UHGV virus genome: UHGV-1497419
Reading direction: 5' to 3' (one strand)
DNA length: 64,000 nucleotides
Source of the DNA: a virus
The translations under genes and the position numbers were made by a program. Position 1 is the stretch's first letter; every line of letters begins with the position of its first letter. A model generated the notes under the pieces. The model did no database searches and was not told the origin of the DNA. It saw only the letters and a program-made list of their open reading frames with translations. Shown in pieces: positions 38,542 to 56,757 of this stretch.

Positions 38542-39083
38542 TTAAATTAATCTTTGCAAGTGGTGAAAATGGTGAGTTTGGTACTCCAACTGGTATGCCG
38601 TGGCCTCGACATAAACAGGACATGCAAGAGTTTAAGAGACTCACTAAAAACAACTTAGTAGTGATGGGTAACGAGACTTTCAAGACTCTGGGGGGTAAAC
38701 CTTTACCAGAACGTGCAAATCTCATCTTAACAAATTCTGTACCATATCTAGGCATAGATTTTGGCAAAGATGATGTGATGTATGCTAAGGCCAGCAAAGA
38801 ATCCTTTGGAGCATTTTTGAATTATCTTGATAGCTCTATTGATGAAGATGTCTTTGTAATTGGTGGTGCAGGTGTCCTTGTCAATGCTTTACCATATGCT
38901 GGTGTAGTTTTCCATACAGTTTTCCATAAAGTTACTGAAGAGGCCACTGTGCATTTACCTTTTGAAAACTTCTTTGAGAAGCTGTATGATAACCGTGTAT
39001 TTACAAAGGTACAGTCAAAACCATCAGATGATGGTAAAGCAACCTTTGAAATTTATGTTCCACAAGCAAAAGGACACTTTTGA
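38538..39083 (+). CDS. frd: dihydrofolate reductase
   Basis: N-terminal MIKLIFASGENGEFG..MPW and VVMGNETFKTLGGKPLPERANLILT match the DHFR fold signature; directly upstream of thyA. Confidence 0.8.
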   Translation: MIKLIFASGENGEFGTPTGMPWPRHKQDMQEFKRLTKNNLVVMGNETFKTLGGKPLPERANLILTNSVPYLGIDFGKDDVMYAKASKESFGAFLNYLDSSIDEDVFVIGGAGVLVNALPYAGVVFHTVFHKVTEEATVHLPFENFFEKLYDNRVFTKVQSKPSDDGKATFEIYVPQAKGHF

Positions 39084-39084
39084 T

Positions 39085-39984
39085 ATGTCACAAGCAGATA
39101 CAAGTTACAAAAATATCCTGAACCATGTTTTATCAGTTGGTGAACTGCGTACTACACGAACTGGAGATGTTATCTCTGCATTTGCTCCACCTAAGTTTCG
39201 TTTTGATATGCGAACTGGTTTCCCACTCTTAACATCTAAACAGGTGTTTACACGGCAAGTTATTGGGGAAGCTTTATGGTTCCTGAATGGTGAGAATAAG
39301 CTTGGTGAACTTCGTTACCGTACTTGGGGTGAAAATGACGGAGAACGCTGGACTATCTGGTCAGATGATTTTAAACGCTGGTTAAGCTCTAATTATTCTT
39401 CTGAACAAGATTGGTTAGAGGATGCAGGTGGAAGAATCTATGGGGTTCAGTGGAGAAACTTTGAAGGTCATAATGGTTGTGTTGTAGACCAACTAGAGAC
39501 CTTAGTAGCGAAGATGAAGGGTGATATCACAGACCGCTACATGCTTGTTAATGCTTGGAATGCAGCAGATATTGCAGCTAACTCTATGGCTTTAGCACCT
39601 TGCCATGTACTGTTTCAGATTTATATCACTAACGAAGGTGAAGTTGACTTACAATGGTATCAACGTTCTGTAGACACCTTTTTAGGACTTCCGTTTAACA
39701 TTGCATCTTATGGTTTTATTCTGGAAGTTCTTTGCAAGATGACTGGATACACTCCACGGTACTTGATAGGTGTCTTTGGAGATACTCAGATTTATCAGAA
39801 CCATATGAAGCAGGTTTATGAACTGATGAACAATGAAGAGTTCCATGCACCTACTTTTGAGATTGGGCTACCACTTAACACTTTAAGTGACTTAAAACAT
39901 CTTACTGCAAGTGATTTTATTGGTGGCATTAACAACTACCAACATGCAGGGAAGATTGAAGCACCTCTGTCAGTAGGTAAGTAA
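39085..39984 (+). CDS. thyA: thymidylate synthase
   Basis: Signature blocks LAPCH and YQRSVDTFLGLPFNIASY; start set at the ATG at 39085 after the DHFR stop. Confidence 0.9.
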   Translation: MSQADTSYKNILNHVLSVGELRTTRTGDVISAFAPPKFRFDMRTGFPLLTSKQVFTRQVIGEALWFLNGENKLGELRYRTWGENDGERWTIWSDDFKRWLSSNYSSEQDWLEDAGGRIYGVQWRNFEGHNGCVVDQLETLVAKMKGDITDRYMLVNAWNAADIAANSMALAPCHVLFQIYITNEGEVDLQWYQRSVDTFLGLPFNIASYGFILEVLCKMTGYTPRYLIGVFGDTQIYQNHMKQVYELMNNEEFHAPTFEIGLPLNTLSDLKHLTASDFIGGINNYQHAGKIEAPLSVGK

Positions 39985-40020
39985 AACAAAAAAGGCTCCC
40001 GTAAAAAGGAGCCTTAAATT
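39984..40020. terminator. bidirectional rho-independent terminator (AGGCTCC-cgtaaaaa-GGAGCCT with A-run upstream and T-rich downstream)
   Basis: Perfect 7-bp stem at the convergent junction between thyA (+) and the 40021 gene (-). Confidence 0.6.
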
Positions 40021-40392
40021 TTATCTTTCAGTATTCTTTGTGTTCTTTTCAGTAATAGCTTGCAAGGCTGATACTGATTGAGCCAGATTGTTCACACTGT
40101 CAGAGAATTTATCGAGAGTCTTAGTAAGTTTTGCGTTTTCACCCTTAACATTCTCTAACTGAACTTTCTGGTTCTCCATCCCTAGCTGAATCAGTCTCAT
40201 GTCAGACTGTAAATCACGAATAGCTGAGTAATTAGATTTGCTATAATTATCTAGCTGCTGTAACTTTGTTGTGACAGACACTTCTTGCTTACCATCCGAA
40301 ACTTGCATGGTGGTATACATCCCAATAACACTAAAAATACCAACTACAATTGCACCAATATTATTTTTAAAAGCTTCCTCTAGCCACTTCAT
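40021..40392 (-). CDS. hypothetical membrane-anchored coiled-coil protein
   Basis: TM segment IGAIVVGIFSVIGMY then a helical charged region; last gene of the structural operon. Confidence 0.35.
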   Translation of the reverse strand: MKWLEEAFKNNIGAIVVGIFSVIGMYTTMQVSDGKQEVSVTTKLQQLDNYSKSNYSAIRDLQSDMRLIQLGMENQKVQLENVKGENAKLTKTLDKFSDSVNNLAQSVSALQAITEKNTKNTER

Positions 40393-40587
40393 TTATTTCT
40401 CCCCCTTAAAAGCTTTTTCTAAGTTATCTACGAACTCATCATCAATAGGTGTGTCTGTTTTACTCGCAAGGTATCTTGCAAGCTTAAAGAACACTTTCTC
40501 AATCATGTATTCACTTAGAAGGGATAAAATGAGTTTCCAGAAGAAGCTACCTAGATTTTTTAGAAGAATTGCTAGGATTGTAGGCAT
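40393..40587 (-). CDS. hypothetical small membrane protein
   Basis: 64 aa with N-terminal hydrophobic segment. Confidence 0.3.
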   Translation of the reverse strand: MPTILAILLKNLGSFFWKLILSLLSEYMIEKVFFKLARYLASKTDTPIDDEFVDNLEKAFKGEK

Positions 40588-40666
40588 TTAATCACCTCAT
40601 CAGCCAAGATGGTGAGAATACCCATAAAGAATATTAACACCATCTTAACAATCAGTCAATAAGTGA

Positions 40667-43051
40667 TTAAGCAGTTCTTACCCAAGCCATTAACTTATAG
40701 AACTGGTTAGTAACACTAAATGCTGAACCAGAACCAGTACCACCTGTGTTACCACTAACTGTATGGGTGTGAGCACCAATACCTACAGAGTGGGTGTGAG
40801 CACCAGTGTTACTTGTAGTACCAGACCATGTGTGTGTATGGTTACCAGTTGTGTTAGTGTTAGGGAACTTGTTATCAGTTCTGTCAAGCCAGTCAAGAGT
40901 TCTCGTCTTGTTATTGCTAACAGTTGTATAACCGTACTGAGCATCACCACCATTAACCAATAGCAGACCTAAGTGGTGAGCGTGGTTACCAGCAGCACTT
41001 GTTGTGCCACTTACAGAGTGAGTATGACCACCAGTGCTATTAGTGCTCTTCGTACCATAATCGAAAGACGAAGTGGTAGCAGAGAAACTATGGGTGTGTG
41101 ATGGTAAGTTACCAACAGCTAACGTCACAGAGTCTGAACCGCCTGTTGTAGCAACATCTGAACCATTTGCTGCTGCAATTCTGATAGTTCTACCAACACC
41201 ATTGTTCAGGTACGTCCAAGTTAACCCAGGAAGTGCTGTATTAGGGTCAACATTACTGTTAAACCACGTTACAATACCTACTGGATAGATTTTATTAAGG
41301 TCTGTAGAGTCACTTACTGCCTGTGCAATCTTCTGGTCAGTTTCAGCTTTAGTGTATGCACCAATCTCTGAAGGGTTTGGTCTCTGAGCTTCAGTGTAAA
41401 CCTTAGACCATTCAGCCTCAAAACCCTGCCTATCTCTGGCTGTTCTATACCATAAACCACTATTCCTGTAATCAAACCTTAATTGTGCAGTTGGTGTTGA
41501 TGCTAACATATTAGCGAATAGGTGTAAGACTAAACGGCTTGAACCACCACCCTTGATAGTCTCTACATAAATTCCTGAAGGTTGGTTCCAAGCCACACCA
41601 CCATCAGACTCCTCCACTAAAGCTCTGGATGCTGACCATAAGTACTTTGCATCGGTTGCAGATTTAACGTAGTATCTATCATCTAAGTTAGACCAATCAG
41701 ATGGTTGTACCTGACCAGTGATTCTAACAGTTTTATTCAGTAAGAAATCACTCCCCATGTAAATGGTGGTAGCAGTCCTGTCATTGTGAATAATGAGTCT
41801 GGTCGGGTCTGCTGTTTCTCCATTCCCAATATACCACCTTCTCACATCGTCAGCATTATGGGCAGAGAGATACACCTCTTTATCCTGAATAGTATTCCTT
41901 AGTTGCAATAATGGGCCATTCTGTTTAATAACCTGTGCAGACCTGAAAGTGTTTACATCACTTAGCTTAGCAAGATTACTCAAAGTTCCTGCTGGAATAT
42001 ATCTAGAGTCGATGTTAGTCCAATCAGAAGGTTGAACTTGACCAGTGATTTGGACTGTTCTGCTCATGGCAATGGTGTTACCTAGTGAGATTTGTGTATT
42101 TGCTAAGTAGTTATAGATGTTTACAGTGTTTTCATCGGTATCATTACCAATATACCACTTACGAGTTCCATCTGATTTTTTTGCTTGGATATACAAAGCA
42201 GCAGTTGTATCTACATTTTGCAGAGTGATAGCATTAGCATTCTTCTTAACAACAAAGTTAGTGAAAATATTAGAGCCACTAAAAGTATTATCACCAGCTA
42301 ACTGTGCAAATCTCTGATTAGCTACTGTCTGAGTAAAGTATCTAGCATCTAAGTTAGAGAAGTCAGAAGGTTGAACTTGACCCATGACTCTTAGTGTCTT
42401 GTTAAATGACGCTGTTGCGTCAAGGGTTAACATTGAGCCAGTGGCATGATTGTACAGATAAACATTAGTGTTGTTTGCATTTCCCTGTCCAACATACCAC
42501 GTTTGCTGGTTATTAGCATCTCTACCCTGAATATATGAAGCTCCTGCATTAGTTGCTTTCTTAAGGGTTAACTGCTCACCATCAGTTACAATTGCTTGCC
42601 TAATGTTGAAGTTATTTGTTACAGCCAGCCTTGCATATCTTGCATCATTCTCTTCATTAGTTCTCATCCCAAGTTCATTAGGGCTTGGTTTATTCAGAGT
42701 ATGATAAACAGTTGCCGACCTTGAAGCATCTGCAATAGTTAGCTTAAGACCGTTTGCGTTAATTTTAAAAGTCTTTAAAACATCCCCGATAGTAATCTCA
42801 GAAGAACCTGTTGGGTCAAATACTGCCTTACCGCCATAGAGTAACTTAACAATCCCTAAGTCACCTGTCATAGTACTACCAGCAATCTGAACAAATCTCT
42901 CAAGTTTAAAAGATGCTAAGAAGTCTTGATAGGTCATTCGACGGTCTTCATCACCCAGCATTTCAGGTCTCTTTTTAACTCTGACATGAAGAAGGTCATC
43001 TGAACGGATTGTATCGATTGAGTTTAATTCACTCAATTTGTAATCTGCCAT
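40667..43051 (-). CDS. tail fibre protein with three ~95-aa internal repeats and a C-terminal His-x-His-rich tip
   Basis: Repeats carrying VQPSD(F/W)(S/T)N(L/I)D(A/S/D)RY; C-terminal [31 protein letters not shown]; ATG at 43051. Confidence 0.6.
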   Translation of the reverse strand: MADYKLSELNSIDTIRSDDLLHVRVKKRPEMLGDEDRRMTYQDFLASFKLERFVQIAGSTMTGDLGIVKLLYGGKAVFDPTGSSEITIGDVLKTFKINANGLKLTIADASRSATVYHTLNKPSPNELGMRTNEENDARYARLAVTNNFNIRQAIVTDGEQLTLKKATNAGASYIQGRDANNQQTWYVGQGNANNTNVYLYNHATGSMLTLDATASFNKTLRVMGQVQPSDFSNLDARYFTQTVANQRFAQLAGDNTFSGSNIFTNFVVKKNANAITLQNVDTTAALYIQAKKSDGTRKWYIGNDTDENTVNIYNYLANTQISLGNTIAMSRTVQITGQVQPSDWTNIDSRYIPAGTLSNLAKLSDVNTFRSAQVIKQNGPLLQLRNTIQDKEVYLSAHNADDVRRWYIGNGETADPTRLIIHNDRTATTIYMGSDFLLNKTVRITGQVQPSDWSNLDDRYYVKSATDAKYLWSASRALVEESDGGVAWNQPSGIYVETIKGGGSSRLVLHLFANMLASTPTAQLRFDYRNSGLWYRTARDRQGFEAEWSKVYTEAQRPNPSEIGAYTKAETDQKIAQAVSDSTDLNKIYPVGIVTWFNSNVDPNTALPGLTWTYLNNGVGRTIRIAAANGSDVATTGGSDSVTLAVGNLPSHTHSFSATTSSFDYGTKSTNSTGGHTHSVSGTTSAAGNHAHHLGLLLVNGGDAQYGYTTVSNNKTRTLDWLDRTDNKFPNTNTTGNHTHTWSGTTSNTGAHTHSVGIGAHTHTVSGNTGGTGSGSAFSVTNQFYKLMAWVRTA

Positions 43052-43097
43052 TATAAATTTTCCTCTCAAAAGGGGCTATAAAGCCCCTGTAAAGAAA

Positions 43098-44285
43098 TTA
43101 AGCTGTTCTCTGCCATACATACAGTACGAAGGATGGCTGCTCAATGTTGAAAGCTTGTCCACCACCAACACTATTCGTGTTTCCACTATGTGTATGCTCA
43201 GAAGAAGAAACTGTCACAGTACCGTTGTGTGTATGTGAACCAATACCAACTGTATGGCTATGAGCACCAATACCCACTGTGTGATTGTGGTTACCAGTTG
43301 TGTTAGTGGTAACGCTAAAAGAGTGGGTGTGCGAACCAGCGACTTCGCAGACAGCATCTGCTGAGTACCACGATTGGTCATTCCTTGTAGACCAAACCAT
43401 TGCAGGTCTTTCCGACAGACCACCACCTGCTTCATAAGTCAATCTGTGGTTGTGAGCACCAGCAGCACTTGTTGACCCACTACCAACGTGATTGTGGTTA
43501 CCAGTTGTGTTAGTGGTCTTTGTTCCATAGTCAAAAGAGTTGGTAGTCTTAGTTCCATAGTCAAAAGCTGAGATTGAAACAGTTGCATTATGAGTGTGAC
43601 CACCACCACTGAGAGACACAGAGTGTGAGTGTTGAGGCATATTATTAACTGACAAAGTGACAGTTGAAGCACCAAATACAGAACCTGCTGGCCTTGTATC
43701 AGAGTCATAACCAACCAACGCCATACCTTTTGAAACTAACTCCCAAGTACCTCCACAAATTAAGTATGTAGAGGGGTTTGCAGAGTTCATCGAAAGATGG
43801 ATAGTACCTACTGGATAAGAAGCCTGAACAGCCTTGTACAAGTTATTTACTGCTCTTGCTGTAGCATACTTATCTGCATCCTCGTTATACAGGTTAGATG
43901 TTGTCCAGTTCTGAACATTACTTAAACCAACCTGTGCCTTAGTTGTATTGTGTGGGTTACTCTTGTCCTTGATATGTTGCTGGACAAGGCTATTAACCTC
44001 TTCTGAAGACATAATCTGTAGATTTGCTCTTGCCTCAGCTACATTAACAATATCTGATAAGTTATTTGCAGCAACTAACTGAAGAGCATTAATAACATTA
44101 TCTAAACCAATTTGTGTTTTAGTAACACCATGAGGGTTATTTTTTAGGCTTGCGTGTGGAGCAAGTAATTGCTCAAGAGTACACCTCTTATCCTCAATAC
44201 CCTGCTTAAGATGGAAGATATCACTAAGGTCAATTGGTAAGGCTGCTTGAGGCAAGGCACTAATTTGAATTTCACCTACTGCCAT
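43098..44285 (-). CDS. tail fibre protein 2 with His-x-His repeats
   Basis: N-terminal T(K)xQ(I/V)GL(D/S)NV repeats; HxH clusters; C-terminal ...LYVWQRTA parallels ...LMAWVRTA of the longer fibre. Confidence 0.55.
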   Translation of the reverse strand: MAVGEIQISALPQAALPIDLSDIFHLKQGIEDKRCTLEQLLAPHASLKNNPHGVTKTQIGLDNVINALQLVAANNLSDIVNVAEARANLQIMSSEEVNSLVQQHIKDKSNPHNTTKAQVGLSNVQNWTTSNLYNEDADKYATARAVNNLYKAVQASYPVGTIHLSMNSANPSTYLICGGTWELVSKGMALVGYDSDTRPAGSVFGASTVTLSVNNMPQHSHSVSLSGGGHTHNATVSISAFDYGTKTTNSFDYGTKTTNTTGNHNHVGSGSTSAAGAHNHRLTYEAGGGLSERPAMVWSTRNDQSWYSADAVCEVAGSHTHSFSVTTNTTGNHNHTVGIGAHSHTVGIGSHTHNGTVTVSSSEHTHSGNTNSVGGGQAFNIEQPSFVLYVWQRTA

Positions 44286-44287
44286 TA

Positions 44288-52303
<8,016 letters not shown>

Positions 52304-52304
<1 letters not shown>

Positions 52305-52944
52305 TACATTTTTCCTGCTCTTCTAAGTTCGTTGTAAGCAATTTCCTCTTTATACGACCTCTGAATCTCAAGAAATTGTCTCAATGATAATAAATCAGAG
52401 AATGTCATAGCAAAGAGTTGGTCAAGTGTTTCTTTACACCCTTCCATACCATAAATAGCAAGCACAAATTTCATCTCGTCTGCTTCTTCATAGGTTGCCT
52501 CTACAGCAGCATCAGTTAGTGGTGTCTGTAGAGTGTTACCCATGTTTACTGAGAAGTTAGGCTTTTGAAAATGCTTGCTTCGAAAAAACTTCCGAAGTTT
52601 GCCTCCAGCGCAAATGCTAAGTAATCAATAAACTCACCGTAGTTTGCTTGGAAGTACGTATCAATATTAAGTGGGAAGTCGTCAACAGTTGCCCCTTGAA
52701 ATAATAAGGTAGCCATCTCTTCAAGGTTAATTTCTTCAATTCTGTCAAAACAAGCTTCAACAAGTTCTTTAAATGGAACCATTGGAGCTTCTTTCTTACC
52801 CTTGTCAGTCAGACTTGATAGCATCTGTGCAAAAGTTGGAACAACAATTTTACCCAACTTCATAGACATCTTAATACCATCTCTTGCCCCAAGCAGAATG
52901 ATATTCACTTTCTTACCGTTAATTACTCTAGATTCTGTTTTCAT
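52304..52944 (-). CDS. tail assembly chaperone, predicted -1 frameshift fusion product (G-T type)
   Basis: Slippery heptamer U_UUU_UUC in the 52546-52944 frame; the -1 frame is open from there into the 52304-52543 ORF. Confidence 0.45.
52546..52944 (-). CDS. tail assembly chaperone (G-type, unshifted product)
   Basis: 132-aa ORF between tube and tape measure genes. Confidence 0.5.
   Translation of the reverse strand: MKTESRVINGKKVNIILLGARDGIKMSMKLGKIVVPTFAQMLSSLTDKGKKEAPMVPFKELVEACFDRIEEINLEEMATLLFQGATVDDFPLNIDTYFQANYGEFIDYLAFALEANFGSFFEASIFKSLTSQ
52582..52588 (-). other. programmed -1 ribosomal frameshift slippery site TTTTTTC
   Basis: X_XXY_YYZ heptamer in the zero frame of the chaperone gene, ~36 nt before its stop. 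Confidence 0.45.
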
Positions 52945-52974
52945 TGTGATTCCTTAATACTTTTAAAAGAAACA

Positions 52975-53010
52975 AAAAAGGGGAAGACCTTTTAAAGTCT
53001 CCCCCTTATA
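52975..53010 (-). terminator. putative terminator hairpin after the tail tube gene
   Basis: GGGGAAGAC / GTCTCCCC imperfect inverted repeat with an A-run on the plus strand. Confidence 0.3.
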
Positions 53011-53017
53011 GGATTTA

Positions 53018-53464
53018 TTAAACACTTGACGCTGGAATTGTAGAAGTGTAGTCTAACTTCTCACAACCAAAAATCCAAGTTTTAGAGTTCTGGTCACGAC
53101 CAAGTTCAATCTGCGGTAATTCCTGCAACCAAGCATTAATACCAGTTGCCAGAACAGAGCCTGATGGGTCGTAGATTACGAAGTTAGAAGAGATATCTTC
53201 TTCAAGTTCCATATTGTCTTGTTTAGCTTGAATTGCAGAAAGCATCTGGTTAGAGAGAGAAGTCTGCATTAACTCAATCTCAATAGTACCTGTCTTGTCT
53301 GCATTTCTTGTCAGAGCAACTTGACCACCTGCACCAACAACTGGTGTCACAAGTGGTGATGTTCTCTGTAGACGCAAGAATGAATCTGGGGCAAAGCCTT
53401 CAATGGCAATACCATTCCAGCTACATACAACGTCTTTAGGGGAATATTGCTGATACATAGCCAT
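53018..53464 (-). CDS. putative tail tube protein
   Basis: 148-aa protein between sheath and chaperone genes; positional. Confidence 0.45.
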   Translation of the reverse strand: MAMYQQYSPKDVVCSWNGIAIEGFAPDSFLRLQRTSPLVTPVVGAGGQVALTRNADKTGTIEIELMQTSLSNQMLSAIQAKQDNMELEEDISSNFVIYDPSGSVLATGINAWLQELPQIELGRDQNSKTWIFGCEKLDYTSTIPASSV

Positions 53465-53479
53465 TCCAATTTACCTCTA

Positions 53480-54832
53480 TTATTCGTAAGCCACTGTACC
53501 TTTCAAGTCAACATCCAAGATAGCCCCTGCTAAGATACCTGCGAAGGTAACATCTTTCAGGATACGAGCTTTCTTGTCTGCCAAAGCAACTTGAGAGGCT
53601 TTAGGAACATTAACTGTGTAAGATGACAGGAAGTTTCTGTTGACTGCTCTTTGTAGAGAGGTTTCAATGACTTGACGAATACGGGTAATACCAGTATCAT
53701 CATAAGTAATCTTACCACCCTTCTGGTTAATTAGCAAGTCTCTCAGAGAAGTTTTCAGGTCTGATTCTAACCAGTCAACGCCACGGACGATATCAATCCA
53801 TTCCCCACCAGAAGTAATCCCTCTACGAACCACTGGAACACCACCATCAAGGTCAATAAAGTTACAGTGACGTACATCTAAAGCAGACTTCTGAATACTT
53901 GTCAGAGGTCTCTGATTAGATGGTTGTAGAGAAGCTGCTACACCAGTTAGCTGAGCATTACCCCAAGCAATTGAACCTGCATCATATGGAGCACCATAAG
54001 CAATGTATGCCATCTCTGGATAGTCTTCTGCTGCTGCGTGATGCCACAAGCAAACTGTACGAGTGTACATATTCTTAGCAAGCTGTGCTGGAACATCATT
54101 TGCACTGGCTAATTCTGTACCTTGCAGGGCTGTTACATCGGAGTTAGCTGTAAAGAAGATTTTCTTGCGAGCCTGAATCTCAGAAGCCATTGCTAAGACA
54201 AACTGTTGAGTTCTGTCTTCTGCTGCAATGAAATACCAGTCATTAGAGTAAGCTTCGATAGCTGCCAGAGCAGTTGATGCTGTATCGGCAGTTGTACTTG
54301 CAATATACACAGTCTGTGCTGTAGTTGTTACTTTCACAAAGTCATTATCACCAGCTTTGGTAATAATCATTGTGGCAGAGCCATTGCTACCAGTTACGTT
54401 CACAGAAACCTTATCTTTGATTGTTGGGTCAGCTTCAATCTGTGTTTTAAACTGTTGCAACACGTTTTCAGCAGTGTCTTCAGCTTGTGCTGTATACTGA
54501 TATGGTTGAGAAATTCCACCGCCAGCAGCTACAGTAATTGAGTAGTCTGTACTTTCAGCAACGGCATTAGGAATTGATACAGTGTACTGCATAGCACGTC
54601 TACCAATATAAAGCTGAGTTACTTTAGGAGTCTGACTCCAAAGTTGTTTAGCAGCCTTATATGCAGCAGTATTCTCATCGAAATCTTCAGCAACTTCAGT
54701 TAAGGAAGTGTAACCACGTACTCTTTCTTCAAAATTATCTGTTGAAGCTAAGAATAGTGGCAAACCAAAACCTTCTCTTGTAGTTCCTGCGGTGTTCAAT
54801 GTAATATCTACATTAACAATTGGATTCCACAT
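53480..54832 (-). CDS. putative tail sheath protein
   Basis: 450-aa protein immediately upstream of the tube gene; positional. Confidence 0.45.
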   Translation of the reverse strand: MWNPIVNVDITLNTAGTTREGFGLPLFLASTDNFEERVRGYTSLTEVAEDFDENTAAYKAAKQLWSQTPKVTQLYIGRRAMQYTVSIPNAVAESTDYSITVAAGGGISQPYQYTAQAEDTAENVLQQFKTQIEADPTIKDKVSVNVTGSNGSATMIITKAGDNDFVKVTTTAQTVYIASTTADTASTALAAIEAYSNDWYFIAAEDRTQQFVLAMASEIQARKKIFFTANSDVTALQGTELASANDVPAQLAKNMYTRTVCLWHHAAAEDYPEMAYIAYGAPYDAGSIAWGNAQLTGVAASLQPSNQRPLTSIQKSALDVRHCNFIDLDGGVPVVRRGITSGGEWIDIVRGVDWLESDLKTSLRDLLINQKGGKITYDDTGITRIRQVIETSLQRAVNRNFLSSYTVNVPKASQVALADKKARILKDVTFAGILAGAILDVDLKGTVAYE

Positions 54833-55432
54833 TTATTTTACCCCTTTGGAGTCTACATCTAGATGGATAGTATATTCTGGTGGCTCTTGTCCTTCTTCAT
54901 AAACCAACTCACCATCAACAATGACACGCTCAATAATACTTCCACGTTCATCTTTCAGGACTGAGTTTTTTACAAGAGTTACAACAAGAGGTGCAGAATT
55001 TTCGAAATCTGTATTGAGATAAGTGTAATCATTTGGGATTGCTCCAGTGTCTAGTACTGTAGCTCCTGTTTCTTCAAGGATTAAATCTCTGACTGAACTC
55101 ATCTCTAATCTTTGTTTAAGCTCAAGCATAATACTGTGAGCACCTTTACCATTTACCGTAATTAATACAGGAATCTGAAAAGCAATTCTGTAGCAAACTA
55201 CATCATCCTCAACAAACTTATCAAGAACCCAACCATAAGGTGTTGCGGCATCTTGACAATATACGGTAATAAATGGCTGGTCAGGTTTTAAACCTTTGTC
55301 ATTTGAGTTATCAGAAGGGTAAGCTCTAATTACGTTTGGTCTATTATTTTTATCACGAGCTAATCTGTGACCAATAACATCCACTAAGGTTCTAACTAGA
55401 CCTTTTTCAAGTTCTGCTGTTTCTAACTGCAT
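54833..55432 (-). CDS. hypothetical tail completion/neck protein
   Basis: 199-aa ORF between head and sheath genes. Confidence 0.3.
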   Translation of the reverse strand: MQLETAELEKGLVRTLVDVIGHRLARDKNNRPNVIRAYPSDNSNDKGLKPDQPFITVYCQDAATPYGWVLDKFVEDDVVCYRIAFQIPVLITVNGKGAHSIMLELKQRLEMSSVRDLILEETGATVLDTGAIPNDYTYLNTDFENSAPLVVTLVKNSVLKDERGSIIERVIVDGELVYEEGQEPPEYTIHLDVDSKGVK

Positions 55433-55808
55433 TCATTTTATCCCTTCTAATAATGATATATTCATAATGGGACGTATGGGCTAATTGCTGTGACCAATCC
55501 ATAGTCATAAATACTTCATACTCATGACCATCAATCATAACAATATCAGACTCATTCCACTCTACATCATCTGAAGTTCTAAGTTTATATGTGGTATACA
55601 GGATTCTTGTATCGGTAAGCCTAATACCTTCCGGTAAAGCAATCTGTGTACCATTCTTTACAGAACCTTTGATATATGGCTGGATATTACCTTTACAGTT
55701 AACCTCTACAATATCTTGTGAAGCTACCCAATCACCATCATCATTATAATAACCGTCTTCAGAGACTTTACGCTTTACTACAAAGCTGTGTCTGTTTAAG
55801 AGTCTCAT
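55407..55808 (-). CDS. hypothetical head-tail joining protein
   Basis: 133-aa ORF. Confidence 0.3.
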   Translation of the reverse strand: MRLLNRHSFVVKRKVSEDGYYNDDGDWVASQDIVEVNCKGNIQPYIKGSVKNGTQIALPEGIRLTDTRILYTTYKLRTSDDVEWNESDIVMIDGHEYEVFMTMDWSQQLAHTSHYEYIIIRRDKMNAVRNSRT

Positions 55809-56287
55809 TTTTTAATACCCTTCTTAGTAGAAATTTTATAAGCAAGGTTATCCCTTAAGTCACCTGTCTCAACAAGAGGTGCATTAAAGCCTTTTTTCTT
55901 GACTGTGGAAGGTGCGTTAGGAGGGAGGATAGCAGAATTACCAAAACCCCTTTTAATTACCTTTTGAGTATTCTTTGCAAATGCTTCTAAGGTATTTGAA
56001 GGGTCTGTGTTGAGACTGCTAAGTTGCTTATATAGATTCTTCTTAGTCTGCTCTAACAAGGTCTGTTTGTTTAGCATCATAGTGATTTCAAACAACCTAC
56101 GATATACTTTACCAGAAGCTGAAGGAACCCCAATAACTTCTTGCAAATACATTAAAGCAGGATAAGAAAAACCAGAGCTATGTTGACCTTGTTCTTGAAA
56201 ATACCCAACTTGAGCATTAGCCGTTTGCAAGTTCTTCATAGCCCCGACTAATTTTGCTCTAGCGGGGTGAATAACCCTTTTAACCAT
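55805..56287 (-). CDS. hypothetical head-tail connector/completion protein
   Basis: 160-aa ORF. Confidence 0.3.
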   Translation of the reverse strand: MVKRVIHPARAKLVGAMKNLQTANAQVGYFQEQGQHSSGFSYPALMYLQEVIGVPSASGKVYRRLFEITMMLNKQTLLEQTKKNLYKQLSSLNTDPSNTLEAFAKNTQKVIKRGFGNSAILPPNAPSTVKKKGFNAPLVETGDLRDNLAYKISTKKGIKK

Positions 56288-56736
56288 TATTCATCTCGCT
56301 CGATAATAAATACGCCATTAACACGGTTGCAGTAATCTCTGCCTTCGTATCTGGCAGCATCACCATATTCTGTGTATTTCTTGACAGAGCAAGGATTCTG
56401 ACGACGCATGTCAATATCACACTGATTAATACCACCTGCATAGGGTAGTCCTGAAACAGAGCTTTTAACAAGGTCATCATAAACAGCTTTCAGAGATTTG
56501 AATCTGGAAGAGTTACGTAAATAAACACCACCAACCTTCTCATCTCCCATCTTGGCTACTTGAAAGAGTAAATATTTAAGAGCTTTGATGGCTGCTTTCT
56601 TTTCATCCTTTCCAGATTCTAGATAGAACCACTCTAGCACAGACTGCTCAATAAGAATTTCATCATTATTAGTGTCTGTGCAGAGGATTCTTACTCTATC
56701 AAGAGGGTTATTGGCTGGGTCGCCTGTATAGCACAT
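56287..56736 (-). CDS. hypothetical head completion protein
   Basis: 149-aa ORF just after the capsid gene. Confidence 0.3.
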   Translation of the reverse strand: MCYTGDPANNPLDRVRILCTDTNNDEILIEQSVLEWFYLESGKDEKKAAIKALKYLLFQVAKMGDEKVGGVYLRNSSRFKSLKAVYDDLVKSSVSGLPYAGGINQCDIDMRRQNPCSVKKYTEYGDAARYEGRDYCNRVNGVFIIERDE

Positions 56737-56757
56737 TCATAACCCTCCTTAAGAATA

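Noticed and set aside
40588-40666. Inverted repeat AGATGGTG...CACCATCT downstream of the long tail fibre gene as a terminator
   Set aside because: An 8-bp stem is present but the loop is 23 nt and no U-run follows on the transcribed strand; not called.
43214-43714. Alternative-frame minus-strand ORFs inside tail fibre gene 2 (43214-43435, 43439-43714)
   Set aside because: They arise from the repetitive His/Thr/Gly codon runs of the fibre gene and have low-complexity translations; the fibre frame is the coherent one.
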